Positions 10,182 through 22,854 of a DNA stretch of 64,000 nt are shown here, piece after piece. The translations under genes and the position numbers were made by a program. Positions within the stretch are counted from its first letter, which is position 1. Every line of letters begins with the position of its first letter. The notes under the pieces were generated by a model that was not told the origin of the DNA, did not search any database, and saw only the letters and a program-made list of their open reading frames with translations. Source of the DNA: Marsupella aquatica (Eukaryota; Plantae; Marchantiophyta); assembly GCA_973895155.1 (NCBI GenBank), contig OZ316892.1, positions 16,296,357 to 16,360,356 of the forward strand, given 5' to 3'.

Positions 10182-13100
10182 TTATGGATCCTCTATGAAC
10201 TTGCTTGGCCATAATACCAAAGAACCTGCAGCATCTCCAAGTGTCTTTTGAGGAGGATCATCATTTGTGTTTGGAATGGGAAGGACAGCTTTAGGTTTCA
10301 CTAGTAATGTGACTAACACTACTGAATAACCTGGGGGAATCCTCTTGCCATGGAACGTTGTGGAACCAACCTGCACTCTGGCAAATCCTACTCGTGTTCC
10401 ACTCTCATCAACAGCTAACAAGCCACTTTGTCCCTCAGCATTAGGTGCTTTCCCCACTTCCACCTTAGATCTTTCTGCCAGCACTGTTCTTGGAGGTTTG
10501 TATGAAACCTTTGACGTGGCTCTGCTCCCACCAGCAGACTTGCTTCGTGTGCGCATGCTTCCTCTCTTCACAGTAGTGAAGCTAGGCTCAGTAGGTTCCT
10601 CTATTAGGACTGTCACAGTAGCAGGTTCATCACCTGGGAGTGTCATACCAACTAACTCTTTGGTTGGATTTATCTCAACAAGAGGCACACCTGTCATTGA
10701 GAATGATACATTCTGCAAATCATTTATCCCTGCAATGGAGTCAAGATCTACATAGCATGAATCTGGCTCAATGGTATCATTGTCATGCTTGCTGATATCC
10801 TCATTTGCCCCAACATTGATATCATCCACTCCCTTGCCAATGTCATCCTCATCCAAACATGGTTGACTGCCCTCTGTCAAACAAGTTGCTTGTACAGACT
10901 GCAACTTTGTTGCCTCTAAATTACAGCGAGTATTTGCCAGGTTCTCATACTTCTTCTCTGTAGCACCTGTCTTATTCTCTATGGACACAACAACCACAAT
11001 ATATGTTACTGAAAATAACACATTCAACAAACAATGTCAATTCAAACTATACATTTAATAATCATATCCCACACAGTTGTAAAGGCCTTACCTTCAAGCC
11101 TACATGTCGTTGGCATGCCAGAAGAGTGCATCGACTTTGCCACCTCAAGTGGTGATGGTGGAACTCCTGCAGAATTGGAATCAATTTTATCTCTCACCGA
11201 CACAACATCTTCCATTAATGTCTTGAAGTTCACATGGAACAAGTCAGTCAATGAATTCAAACGTTCATTGATCTCTGGAAGACATGTTTCGACAGCCTTC
11301 AAACGACCACTTATCTCTGTAAGTGAAGATCCACCTCCCTACATGACACAGGGGTATAGGTTCAATCACTCCATATGAAATGTTGGGCAATATATGCACA
11401 ATCAATGTTATATACAGTGTACACCTGAAATTCAACGCAGGTCATTCAATTACCAATCAGAACTCATATAACTTACATGCTTGGAGGATTCAGATGCACC
11501 CTCTTGAGCCCGGGTGTTCACAATTTCAGCCCTCAACTCTTCTTTTGAAGGGCTTTGCCCCAATTGGGCTTTCTGCACATGCATGGCAAACACAAGTTAT
11601 CGATCAATATTCAGGGAACGTACACTAAAAAACAAAGTTTACATGTATGGGTTTACACTAAAAAACAGTACATAGTGTAGCATAAATTACATAGCTAGGC
11701 CATTCATTCTTACCAAACGTTTAGCTGTCGGTGCAGTGCCGGTCCTTCCTGTCAGATTAGGGTTCTGAACACTCAACCTGGCCTCGGTCATCTGTGAACT
11801 CTTCTTTTTTGAAGCATCTGTTACAAAATAAGCTACTAACCTTGCCCACACTTTATCATCACAACTGGCTGGTGGAGGCATATCTGGCTTCTCCCCACCT
11901 TCCTTCCAAGCCTTATGCATTCTCCACCTCTCTTGCTTGATAATTTTACCTGCTGTACTCTCTAGGCAACCTATGTCCACGCCATCATCACTGCCCACAT
12001 AATTCCATTTGGCAGCAACATTTTCACATACAGTCTTCCAATCTTTTGGATGCTGTTTTTTAAAATTAATAACACTCACATCTAACCAACGCAATACTTC
12101 AGCTTTCAAATCAGCATGCCATCGGTTCTTGCGAGGACACTCAGCATCCACCCATTGTCTCTCATTCAACTTTATGTTCCCTTTCTTTGTCACCTCCCCT
12201 CGTGCACTGCTCTCGGTAGTACTGGGCGTTGTATTGGCCACCCCTTCATTCACCCTACCTGGGGTTCTGAAGCCACCTGGGAAAATACAATGCCATTCAT
12301 GCTTGAGAACTACATATAGCAGAATGGATGACGGCAACATTCAATGCTTCACTTCAAGAAAAATTCTTCAAACATACATACCTGTAGCTCTGCCTGTAGA
12401 TGCCTGTGCAGGGACTGCACTCTGAAATTGTTGCGACCCTGGACCACCTGTCCAGCCTAGTACAGGGGCCGGATGATGTCACTTTCTAGGTATGTGTGTG
12501 CAAACATATGTACTGAAAACTAAGTACAAACTGTAGGAAAACAACTGAACATTCACCGACATACCTGTCCCCCTTCCGTGCTGCATCTGCATAGGGGCAT
12601 TAGTGAATACTTGAGTCGATGGTTCGACTGTCCAACCTGCACACATACATTTTCTATCATTATACATGTGCAGAGTCCCCCCCATGTGAATGGACTCCAC
12701 ATATAATGAGTTCTTCCATTGCTGACAAGATCAGACATTACCTGCTCCTCTTCCAGCGTTTGTAGGTACTGAATTTTGATATCCCTGCCAATTACCTTCA
12801 CCACCTTCCCAACCTTGTTCATTCCACGACCCACCACCATCCTCCCAACCTGGTTCAACCCATGTCTGTCCTTGTGGACATTGGAACTGATCATTACTAG
12901 CATTTGCCCAATCAGGTTGGGCAGAATCTGCATGCAATGGCAGGTGGACAGAATTTCATGTTGTCTGAATCCAATACATCCCAAACAATGTCAAAAATTG
13001 ATATGCAGTCTGAAATTCAGGAGTGCCATGCCTTCACAAAGAACTGGCATATAGATATATACTCACATCCCCATGGTTGAGGTGGACGTCCATACCCACG

Positions 13101-13971
13101 AGATTGTGGGTTTGGACCTGCTCTGCCTCTACCACGGGCATAACCTAGAGCTTGCCCCCTGCCATAGTATTGGGCACCAGCCTGGGATCTACCACTACTA
13201 CCACCTCGCCAACCTTGATCAGAGGTCAGCCCCCCCTGCTGGTATGGTGCATGCACAGGCTTCGAAGGCAAAACAGAACTGGCAGGACGCTGCATCACAT
13301 CACCAACTACAATGTCAGGAACTAAGCAAGGTACATATGTGTAGTACTGAACATATGAAACCTCTAAACAAGAGTTTTTAACTCAAAACCTTGTTGGGAA
13401 AACTACTTACATGTTTCTTTTGGGGCTGCTCTGCAATGTATTCATCTTCATAACCCCCATCCTCATCCATTTCCTCTGGAAAATACTCATCATCTGCATC
13501 TTCTTGTCTAGTGTCTGCACCCATCTGTACAGCATCAATGTCATCTCCACATTCTGCCATTGTAGGTACGACCTTCTTGCTCAACCTGTCACTCCGACGC
13601 ACAGGCCCAGAGATAGTGTTGGTCACCCTTCTTGCGTACTCCTTTTGTTTCTTTGAAAGTGCTGTGGCCTGCGACATTCCAATATGAGAATACAGTCACA
13701 ATTTCAGTGCCACATTGAACTATTCATGTCACACAAACTCAGCGGAGGGGTGTAGTTGAGAATCGTTCCCTTACAATTCAGCCACATCCTTTTCCAGATC
13801 CAGTTCTACGATTTTGGCTTTCACGTATGCTCGTTGTTCCATAGCTTTCCTTTCATACTCACACATCTCTGTGTCACTCTGTTCCATCCTACTGGACCAC
13901 AAAAACATGTCATCTATGGTCACCCCGTATAACACAATGCAACCACAATCACCAGGCATCCATCCATACAT
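10182..13971 (-). CDS. CACTA TNPA/TNP1-like second gene, multi-exon (exon boundaries approximate)
   Basis: Series of minus-strand ORFs separated by intron-like gaps. 11687-12340 resembles Ptta/En-Spm (WARLVAYF...KKKSSQMTEAR...TGRTG). 10182-10400 has the C-terminal motif FHGKRIPPGYSVV...LPIP...TLGDAAGSLVLWP. Confidence 0.7.
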
Positions 13972-14043
13972 CTGTGTTGCTTCAGAATTACTTTATTACA
14001 CATCCTTCCCCTCACTAATGTCCATGCAAACAATTCACATTAC

Positions 14044-17000
14044 TCATGGCACAGGCACACTGTTGGCATCTGCATCTCTGAATTCGCCTCCTTCAGCAAA
14101 TGCATCTACCCTTGTCACAGGAATGAAGTCCCCGCTATCATGAACTACAGGCACTTGGTCTGATCGCCGACGATCAAAGGCACTATGAGAGTGTAAATGA
14201 AACTCAAGGTTTGATCCTTCCATCTGACGTTGCCTGGCCTGTTTATGACACACTACACGCCAACCTGGGGAGTCTTCCACATCCAGGAAGAAAGCTTGCT
14301 CCACCTGACTAGGAAACACAAATGGCTCAGACCATTCGGGCAATTTCCCTCTGAAATTGGCCAGCAAGAAACCGTCGTTGTCTCTCTTCATGGTAGCCCT
14401 GTTACCAAGCCAATCCTGCCGCACCCATGAACCTTTCATAAGAATCACAGGACTGGACACCGCCCCATAGTCCAGAGCCCATATGTCAACTAATTCTCCC
14501 ACATATCCCATCTCCATCCAGGCCCTGTCGTGATTGTGGCTCTGTTGCTCAAATACAGTGATGAGCCCGCAGTCATTCGTCACCCTGTAGGCACTGTCAC
14601 CATCCTTCACTCGGAAGTGATTCCCATATGCTCTCATCCGTTTGTAAGTCTTCACTTTCAGGCTAGGGGCATTAGACAGTAGGTAAACATCTGCATCCAT
14701 GTTTGGGTGGGTCTCGTGATGCTCTCTAATTGCCACTCTGATCCACTCCATGAAACCTGGAAAAGTTGTTCCTGCAGTGGGATGGGCCGCCTTCAATGAC
14801 TCATACTCCCTGAACGAACAACCACACAGCATTAGCTTGGGTAAACATGAACAGGCTGAAGGAGAAAACCACACGAACACAACATTTAAGCTCATGAACT
14901 AGATTATAGCACATGTATGCACTCACTGTATCTAGGGTTCCATCACCACAGTGTTGTGCAATACAAAGTCATGTGCCAAGTCTCTCATAGATATGGTCAG
15001 GTTCTTTGTGGTTGCAGCCCCTTCCAGTACTTCACCTATCACCCCTTCCTCCTCATCAGAATTCCACACCCTGGTCTTCACATGCTCATATTGTGCTATG
15101 TATTCGGTCAGAAATCCCAGAGTCTCATCCTTGATGTAACCTTTAGCCATGCTTGCTTCAGGTTTGTAATATGTTCTCACGTGACCTTTGAGTAGCTTCA
15201 TGTACCGTTCCAAAGGGTACAACCAACAAGCACTCACAGGCCCAAATTGGTGTAGCTCTTCCACAACATGGACAAGTAGGTGGGTCATGACATCAAAAAA
15301 TGCGGGAGGAAAATAAATCTCCAGGTCACACAGCACCTGAGCGACATCTTCTGTCAGTTGTGGGAAGTGTGTTTCATCCCAAACCTTCACACAAATACGA
15401 CGAAACACATCACTGAGTCGCATGATCACAGTACGAACAGGCTTCTGCAACAGGCTCCTCAGGCATAAAGGCAACACCTGTTGCATCAACATATGGTAGT
15501 CATGGCTTTTCATACTACCAAGCTTTCTAGTCATGATATGCTTCTTGAAAGCACTGCCATAGTTTGAAGGAACCTTCAAAGAACTCAACCTCTGCACAAA
15601 TAGTTCCCACTCTGTGTCTGTCAGAACATAGGGCGCTTGGTACTTCAAGAGCACATCAGCTCTGTGGGCATGTGGCCTCAACCAAAGATGGGGTTTCATT
15701 CCCCTCTGTTCAAGATCCAATCTCACTGAACCAGTGTCTTTCTCTCCACACAAGAATCTGAGTAGACTCTCACAAATATTCTTTTCAATGTGCATAACAT
15801 CAATGTTATGTTTGCTTGGCTCAAACTCCTGCATCGTTGCAATGCAAAAGCGTCAGGAAATGCCTCAAGTTTAGTCTCTCTCTTCGAAATGAATGCACAT
15901 GCTCTGAACCAAAACATGTATCCCAATTAGCATCAACTCCAAGAGGCTTACCCTCCAGTACTTGAGCTCCAAGTCCAATATGCTCAGTCTTTTTACACCA
16001 TATCGCTTTATTGGATCACTCACTCCATCTTCCCTGCCCCCTCGTTTGATATAGTCATCCCTCAGTGCTCCCCACTGCCTGATCTCCTCTTTGGTCACTC
16101 GTGTCGGGGGTCCACGTTGCTCAATCTCATTGCCAAAGTGTGCAATCAGTGCCTGTCTTTCTCTGTAAGGGTGATCTGCCTTCAGAAAACGACGATGGCC
16201 CATGTATATCACTTTCTGCAGGGCTCTAGAGTACTCACTGGTGACATTGCACCCACAGATAGTACAAGCATAATATCCTTTTGTTGTTTGGCCTGATATC
16301 ATCCCATGGGCTGGGTAGTCAGCTATAGTCAGAATGACAATGGCTCTAAGGATGAATGGGTTTAACCTCCCAAGCCTCTGTAGGACATCATATGTGAGAA
16401 CTCCTTCCTCCCAAAGCTTTCTCAATTCCTCCACTAGGGGAGCCAGAAACACATCTATGTTGGCAGATACAGCACTGTCTGGCCCTGGTATCAGTAGGAC
16501 CATCAGAACAAAAAATCGCTTTGTAGTCATCCAAGGAGGAAGGTTATAATTCAAAATAGTTACAGGCCAGCACGAAAATTTGTTGTTCTTGTCTCCAAAT
16601 GGGTTTACCCCATCCAATGACAGCCCAAGTCTGACATTCCTCGGCTTAGCAGCAAATTCGGGATACATCTCATCTATGAGTTTCCATTGCCTTGAATCTG
16701 CAGCATGTCGTTGTAGCCCATCATCACTTTTCTTGTCAGTTGCCCAAGTCATCATCTCCGAGATGGCACGGCTTCTGAACATCCGCTGAAGTCTGGGAAT
16801 GAGTGGAAAATGACGAAGTACCTTGGCGGGAACCATAGACTTTCCTGAGTTCCGATACCTGTGCTTCCCACACTTAGGGCATGTCAACGATTCTTTATAC
16901 TCCTTTCTGAAAAGAACATGCCCATCAGGACAGGCATGGATCGAATCATAGTTCAATCCAAGATTAGATATGCATCTTTTTGCCTCGTACATGTTCTTGG

Positions 17001-17634
17001 GCAAAATATTACCATCTGGTAGCACAGTTGTTCGCAAGAATGCCAACAACTCAGAAACCAAAATGTTGGGGACATTGTGGTTGCCGCAAATGTTCAGGAA
17101 CATGATGACAAATCCCAGTTTAGAACATTTGCTACCGGGGTACAAAGACTTCCTGCCTTCCTGTATTTGCAGGGGAGAGCCAAACATCCCATCATGCCCA
17201 GGGGTTTCCTGCCCTATCTCAAACTCATCAAGAGGCTCTTCGACAGGGGGCACACTTGCATCTGCAGCCGTATCCTCTTCATTGTCCAGCCCATCATGAA
17301 ATGCATCCAAGTCTTGGAAGATGTCTCTCACCATCTCTTCCACATGAATTCCTTCGTCACGTGGTGCTGCCTGAGCACCATCCCGTTGGAGAGCTGACAA
17401 CCCACAGAGACCAGCTACAACATTTTCAAATGCACCAGGCAGAACCTCACTTGCCCGTCTTGCAGCATTGGCAGCATCAAATTCTAACCTCCACTCCTCG
17501 TCGGAAGAATCTTCCTCTGCAGGATCATTCCAAACTCGATGTCGTGGATCTCTTCCATGAACCGCGATATGCCGCCAAACCTCATTCAGACCCCTGGTAC
17601 GGGATCCTTGGCAGATTGCACAAGGACATCTCAT
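14044..17634 (-). CDS. CACTA TNP2/TnpD transposase (Transposase_21, DUF4218, DUF4216 regions), spliced, with one probable premature stop
   Basis: Motifs MRCPC..C, IHACPDGH, RNVRLGLSLDGVNPF, YNLPPW, DYPA, HNIDVMHIEKN, KSHDYH, FFDVMTHL, WLYPLERYM and EPFVFPSQVEQAFF. TAG at 14932-14934 sits just before a GTGAGT donor. Confidence 0.93.
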
Positions 17635-18208
17635 CCTACTGGCTCCTTAAAGTCTGGTTCGTAACCTTTCACGCTGCCAAAGCTTATTATCATGGCGTGA
17701 TATCCTTGTGGGATGATGCAAAGGCAGTGCCTGTGCCCTGGGCTGGGTCTGGGGAGGGTGGTGACCAGGGTGCATTGTAACAGGCTGGGAGCTCTGCAGT
17801 CATGGACAGCAGTGAACAAGGATGCCTAATGGTGGTATTTGTGTTCCATATATCCCTGATTGTATCTGCCAAAAGAGTTAACATAACGTGTACTAAATTC
17901 TCACAAACCCTAAACCACCCCAAAAGAAAAAAACAGGTTCGCAAGTAGTGTACCTATTGTCAAGTGAATGACACAAAATTCCTAAATGTTGGAGGGTGTC
18001 ACCACCTCCTCCGCTGTCCTCAAATGTACCGCCTCTGCATGTACGTTTATAGTGACACCCCCAGGCAGCAGGAAACAACAATCCGCCAACAGTAAAATAA
18101 GCCCAACTGCCACCAACCATAACAAGGTACATTAGTTCAAAGATCACATTTATTTCAATGATCTGATTTATACAAAAAAACTTGTGTCCAAACTGATGCT
18201 ACTACTCC

Positions 18209-19081
18209 TCACTCTGATTCAGAATCGCTAATGACCCATTCCTCACTTGTTGTCTCATAGTCCTCTCTGTAAGGATCCTGACCCTTCCGTGGCCAGGCCT
18301 CAAAAAGATCATAGTCCATTGGGTTTTGACGCTTCCCAGCTGCTACTGATTCCACAAGCCAAGCATATGAAACCACAAACACATTATGGGACATGACATA
18401 AAAGCGAATGTCTCCCTTCCCAAACTTGCGGCAGGCTTTGGGATATGACTTAGTAATGACATGAGTGGTGTCCTCTGTTATATTCTCCTCCACTGTCCCA
18501 CCTAGGTCAAGCACTGTGGACTTGTACACTTTGCACTTAACCTCTCCAATTCCCGCCTCCACAAATACCATGCTCAGCCCTTTCAGAATGGGGGTTGGTT
18601 GCTTCGTCTCCTCAGCCAACATACACTTCAGCCTTGTAGAGCTCTGTCCTTTGTTGAGTACAGGTCCATATTGGAGATCAGCAAGCCGTGCCTTTGCTTC
18701 CCAGACTTCTTGTTCAACCCAAGCTGATGCAGAAGCTTCTTCATCCTCCCACAACTCATATTGCTCAGTATCCTGTACAATCTTATGTGCTATGGAATCT
18801 GTGATCCAAGAGGCCTCAACTACTTTTAGGCCTTGCTTAGTAATTGCAGAATTCATGTAGGACCATGACCACTTCTTTATCACTGATAGCCATGTCCCTG
18901 CAACAACATGTGTAGTCTCTGGAGTGATGTCCTGAACTACAGTGCCATGGAGCTCAGAGAATCATTTCTGTACAGTTGGCCAATGCACTTTGGTCAACCC
19001 ATGCTGGCCATGGACCAAAATCGCTCTGACCCCTGTAAACACTGCTGGGTGGTCACACTTTCTACGTTTACCAGGCTCCAT
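18209..19081 (-). pseudogene. Tandem BRCT-domain gene (Pol-lambda-type BRCT) inside the CACTA, one in-frame stop
   Basis: Manual translation from ATG 19081 gives MEPGKRRK..VFTGVRAILV..QK*FSELHGTVVQDITPETTHVV..VVEASWITDS. A second repeat follows: ILKGLSMVFV..LGGTVEENITEDTTHVI..VVSYAWLVESV. The TGA is at 18962-18964. Confidence 0.8.
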
Positions 19082-19673
19082 GTACACACACTCTACGTGA
19101 TGATAGTGAATTTTGGAAGAATGGGTTCACCTGACAATACAAGGACAACAAAATTCCTGCTTTTTGAGTTGATCTGGCCCACTGGTGCTCAGGTCCGATT
19201 TTGATAGGTACAAGGGATATGTGAACAATACGTACTAGGCACCTGCACGGATGCAGGACATTGTTTGAATATATACTACAAAATCCATATCCGTGGTGAA
19301 ATGAAGTGCAACCAACTTGTCATGGCACATACATATTTTGTTGTAAAGGAGGATACATTCAATGACAAACTTATAGGGCAATTTGATTAATTGCATGCCT
19401 GATAATTTATACGCTTACAACTTAGAAGTCCTGTTTTAATTTAGCAGTCTGATGAAAGTGTTTATGAAAATGACCACTCAGCCTAAATACTTCCAAGAAG
19501 GCTTGTAAGGATAAGTTTGTATAGGCATGTACCCAGCCACTGACGCCAGAGCACAAGATAAGTGCTGCCTATATAAACTCGCCTACCCAACTCCTTTTCA
19601 AAATTGGAATCTCTGCAATCTCAAAAAATAGTACATCCACATCAGGTGCACTGTGCATGTACAATGTTCAGCT

Positions 19674-20354
19674 TCACAGCCAAGATATGTGATCTCTCAC
19701 AGGAGTGCGCGAGGTAGGATCAATGGCATGGCGATGACAATAAAATATCCATCGATCAACACCATGTGCAGAGTGATCATAGATTTCTCTGTCACAAGCA
19801 TAACCCTCTGCTTGATGATCTTTCAGGCAATGATAGTGCCACATAGTGGGACACCTAGCACAGTGGACTATGTCAGTCCAGTAGTCATCATCATGCTCAC
19901 CACATGCCTTGCACCTATGAAGTGGGCAAGCTGTGGCATGAGCAGGAAAACACTCAAAACAGAAAAATCTCACACAAAAACGGTCTGGACATTTCCTAAC
20001 ATTTGCTGCAGCATCAACAGAGCCCTCATAGGACCCCAACTTCCCACACTGTGCACACTTAGCCTGCTTCTCCAAACAATCAGTGCACATCCAGTCTCCC
20101 TGGTGTGTTGACGGGAGGCCCACCCCTGGACAGTTGTTTTCTGCAGCAAGGTCAGACTCCGGGTTGAGGTGGAAATGCCTCATGCAAGGGCCCTCACAAA
20201 TGACCAGGCCCCCACCATCGTCACAAATGGCACAACAATGAGCTGCCTTCTGGAAAATCTGACTTGCAGAGAAGTTAGTAGCATCTACCCCAAGTACACC
20301 TGTGTTTCTCACCTTTGTCACACGCTTTTTGGCTTGAATTTTAGGCCGTGCCAT
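19674..20354 (-). CDS. EDM2-like PHD-finger cluster protein (reader module only) inside the CACTA
   Basis: Motifs CAICDDGG..CEGPCMRHFH, C..C...KC..CGKLGS, CPLHRC..C, C.RCP..WH..CL and IFYC.RH.ID....TPVRDHI. These match the EDM2 PHD region as I recall it (CAICDNGG..CEG.CLRSFH...LIYC.EHEID..L.TPVRDHV). Confidence 0.85.
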   Translation of the reverse strand: MARPKIQAKKRVTKVRNTGVLGVDATNFSASQIFQKAAHCCAICDDGGGLVICEGPCMRHFHLNPESDLAAENNCPGVGLPSTHQGDWMCTDCLEKQAKCAQCGKLGSYEGSVDAAANVRKCPDRFCVRFFCFECFPAHATACPLHRCKACGEHDDDYWTDIVHCARCPTMWHYHCLKDHQAEGYACDREIYDHSAHGVDRWIFYCHRHAIDPTSRTPVRDHISWL

Positions 20355-22511
20355 GCCTGCGCATGAGATAGACTCTACAATTTAGCAGACTGCATAGAAA
20401 GTAAAATATATTTAGCATTTAAGGTACAAAGGCATTTGCTACTGCAATGAATTGGAATGGCCCACACAAGGATGCAGAGCACACATACTTTTGGTATGTT
20501 GAGCCCACACACAAAACTGATCCCCTAATACAATTTCTCCACCAACACCTCAATTTTAATTGTGGCTATGATTCACCAAAGGAGATCTGCAACAACATTT
20601 CATGCATTTGAATCACATACAATAGTCGTGACATGTAAAACAGGCATTCTTCGAAGAGGATTGGTATGAAGCAGTGTCATAAGGGTTGAAATTTATACAT
20701 CCTAAATAGGTTATGATAGTGGCTGAGACAAATAAGTGAGGCATAAATCATTTTGCATATTATCACATGGCCCATTAATTCATTCAACGTTGCAATGTTC
20801 ACCAGGTTAAAGCAGTCATGAAAGCAGTCTTTCAATAGAGACTTTTATGCGAGTTTGCTAGCCTCTTAAATTAGGATATTTTGCTTAGTGCAGGCATAAT
20901 AGGATATAAGTTATGTACTGTTGACCCTAAACCCTGGACCCAAAATTGCTCATACATCAAAATTTTAAGTAAATATCCTCTGTGTTGAAGTGAGAGTGTT
21001 AAGCTATAGGTCAATGGTATCTGGTCTGTGCATGCGGTGTGACAAGTGGTCCTCTAGAGCATGTGATCCAAACATGTGTAGACACCAAAGTCACCGGTGG
21101 TGGGGTCTGGGAGGGCAGGACAAGTGACATCACCAGGCACACTGCAGGATGGCGAGTGGTTCCAGATGATACATTGTGCTCTGTGCAAAAATCGGCATCC
21201 AAGAGAACGGTCATCCAATTCTGGGCCAGAAGCCCTACAGGCAGGACAGTCATATTGGCAACTGTGTACACACCCTTGGCACCTAATTTGTGGCGGGTCA
21301 TGTACAAGAGACACAAATACCAAGGATGTCGGGAAGGGTACTGAAGCAGGTAGAGGCCGGCTGTAGTTGTTCCTGGAAACAACAGGGTACTCAAAGTACC
21401 ATGCAGACTGGGCTGGAAGGATCCCAAGTCTGACATACTCAAGGCGCAACATCTCTGCCTTGCGTGCAAGTCGCACATGTTCAGCGTTGTGGGTCCTCAC
21501 CATAAGTGTTGCTTTCGTTGTGATGTCCTCTGTTCACGTCCTTTGATGAGCAAGGTGAGCAGGAGGTCGACTTGCCTCGCCAACAGCAACCACCTAAACT
21601 AATCAGTTCCCACTCATTGTCTTGGTTCCAACTACAGGTCATAGTATACACATAGCATGAAACGTGCATAGTACATATTTGATTCTGAGTTTATGAGTTT
21701 CCTAAGACAAAGAGCTTGGTGATAAACCCATATTCTCGACGGACATGTATATCAATCATATTAAACTCCTGTTTTTTCATCCAGAAAGACCGAAAGTCTC
21801 ACCTTGCAGGTTGCAGCAGAGAGAAAATTCACTGGTTGTCGTGTTGTGCAAGTGAACCTCCACTGATGCCCCGGTGTAGCCCCTCAGATGCAGGTGACAC
21901 TTACCAACTCCCAAGTTGCCTGGTCTAACAGAAAATGCTTATATCTTCAGAACTTTATAGAGCAAGTACATGATCACATACTTCTGGATCTATTCATATT
22001 TGGAACTCTTGCCAACTACAACTCCCATTATGCACAAGCTCACATCAACAGAGAAAGATACAGAATGCATACTTACTATGGCTCTAAGCACCTTCACTAC
22101 CTTGTTGAACCCAGTCCTGAAGTCTTTTCAGCGTGTTTGTTGTGCTGTCTCCTTTGGCACCCAACACCTTAGTCCTTGATGTAACAGAATGCGATTTTAC
22201 AAGTTAGATGCTTTGGAACCTTCTATGGTCTTAGCTGAATTGATGTCATCGTAAGTGGTGAAAGACAAGGAAGATGAAAGCTGGTTGAAGAGCTGTGGAC
22301 AACACACTAGCATGAAGTGCTTCAACCAATCCACTGCCAAACGGAACTCTTACACAGTCACATTCTTTTAGTAAACAAAAACTCAGTCAAACTTCAGAAT
22401 CAAAGTACAGACTCTGAAGGACCAAAGGAGGATGTTGTGAGTTTCTCTGTTGTTTAATGTGTTACCCTTCTAGTTTCGAAGTTAGCAAATGCTGAATAAT
22501 GTGTCTACCAG

Positions 22512-22854
22512 ATCTTCGAAAAGAAGCCCACCACAATTAAGAACTTCGGTATCTGGGTCCACGTATCAGAGTCGTACAGGTTATCACAACATGTACAAGG
22601 AATATTGTGATACCACAAGAAACGGAGCTGCAGAGCAGATGTATGATGAGATGGCTTCTTGTCATAGAGTTCGGTTCCCTTGCATCCAGATCATGAAGAC
22701 TACGACAGTCCCTGTCTCTCTGTGCAAGCGAGAAAGTACCAAGCAGTTCCATGATTCAAAGATCAAGTTCCCCTTGACGTACTGCAAGATTCAACCTCCA
22801 TTGCGAAAGCTAAAGAAGACTTACAAGGCCACCAAGCCCAACACAATTGTTTGA
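22512..22854 (+). pseudogene. RPL18A: Captured last exon of 60S ribosomal protein L18a (eL20), frameshifted
   Basis: After a CAG acceptor the sequence reads [15 protein letters not shown], then a frameshift, then [38 protein letters not shown]...[12 protein letters not shown]...[10 protein letters not shown]. Confidence 0.92.
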
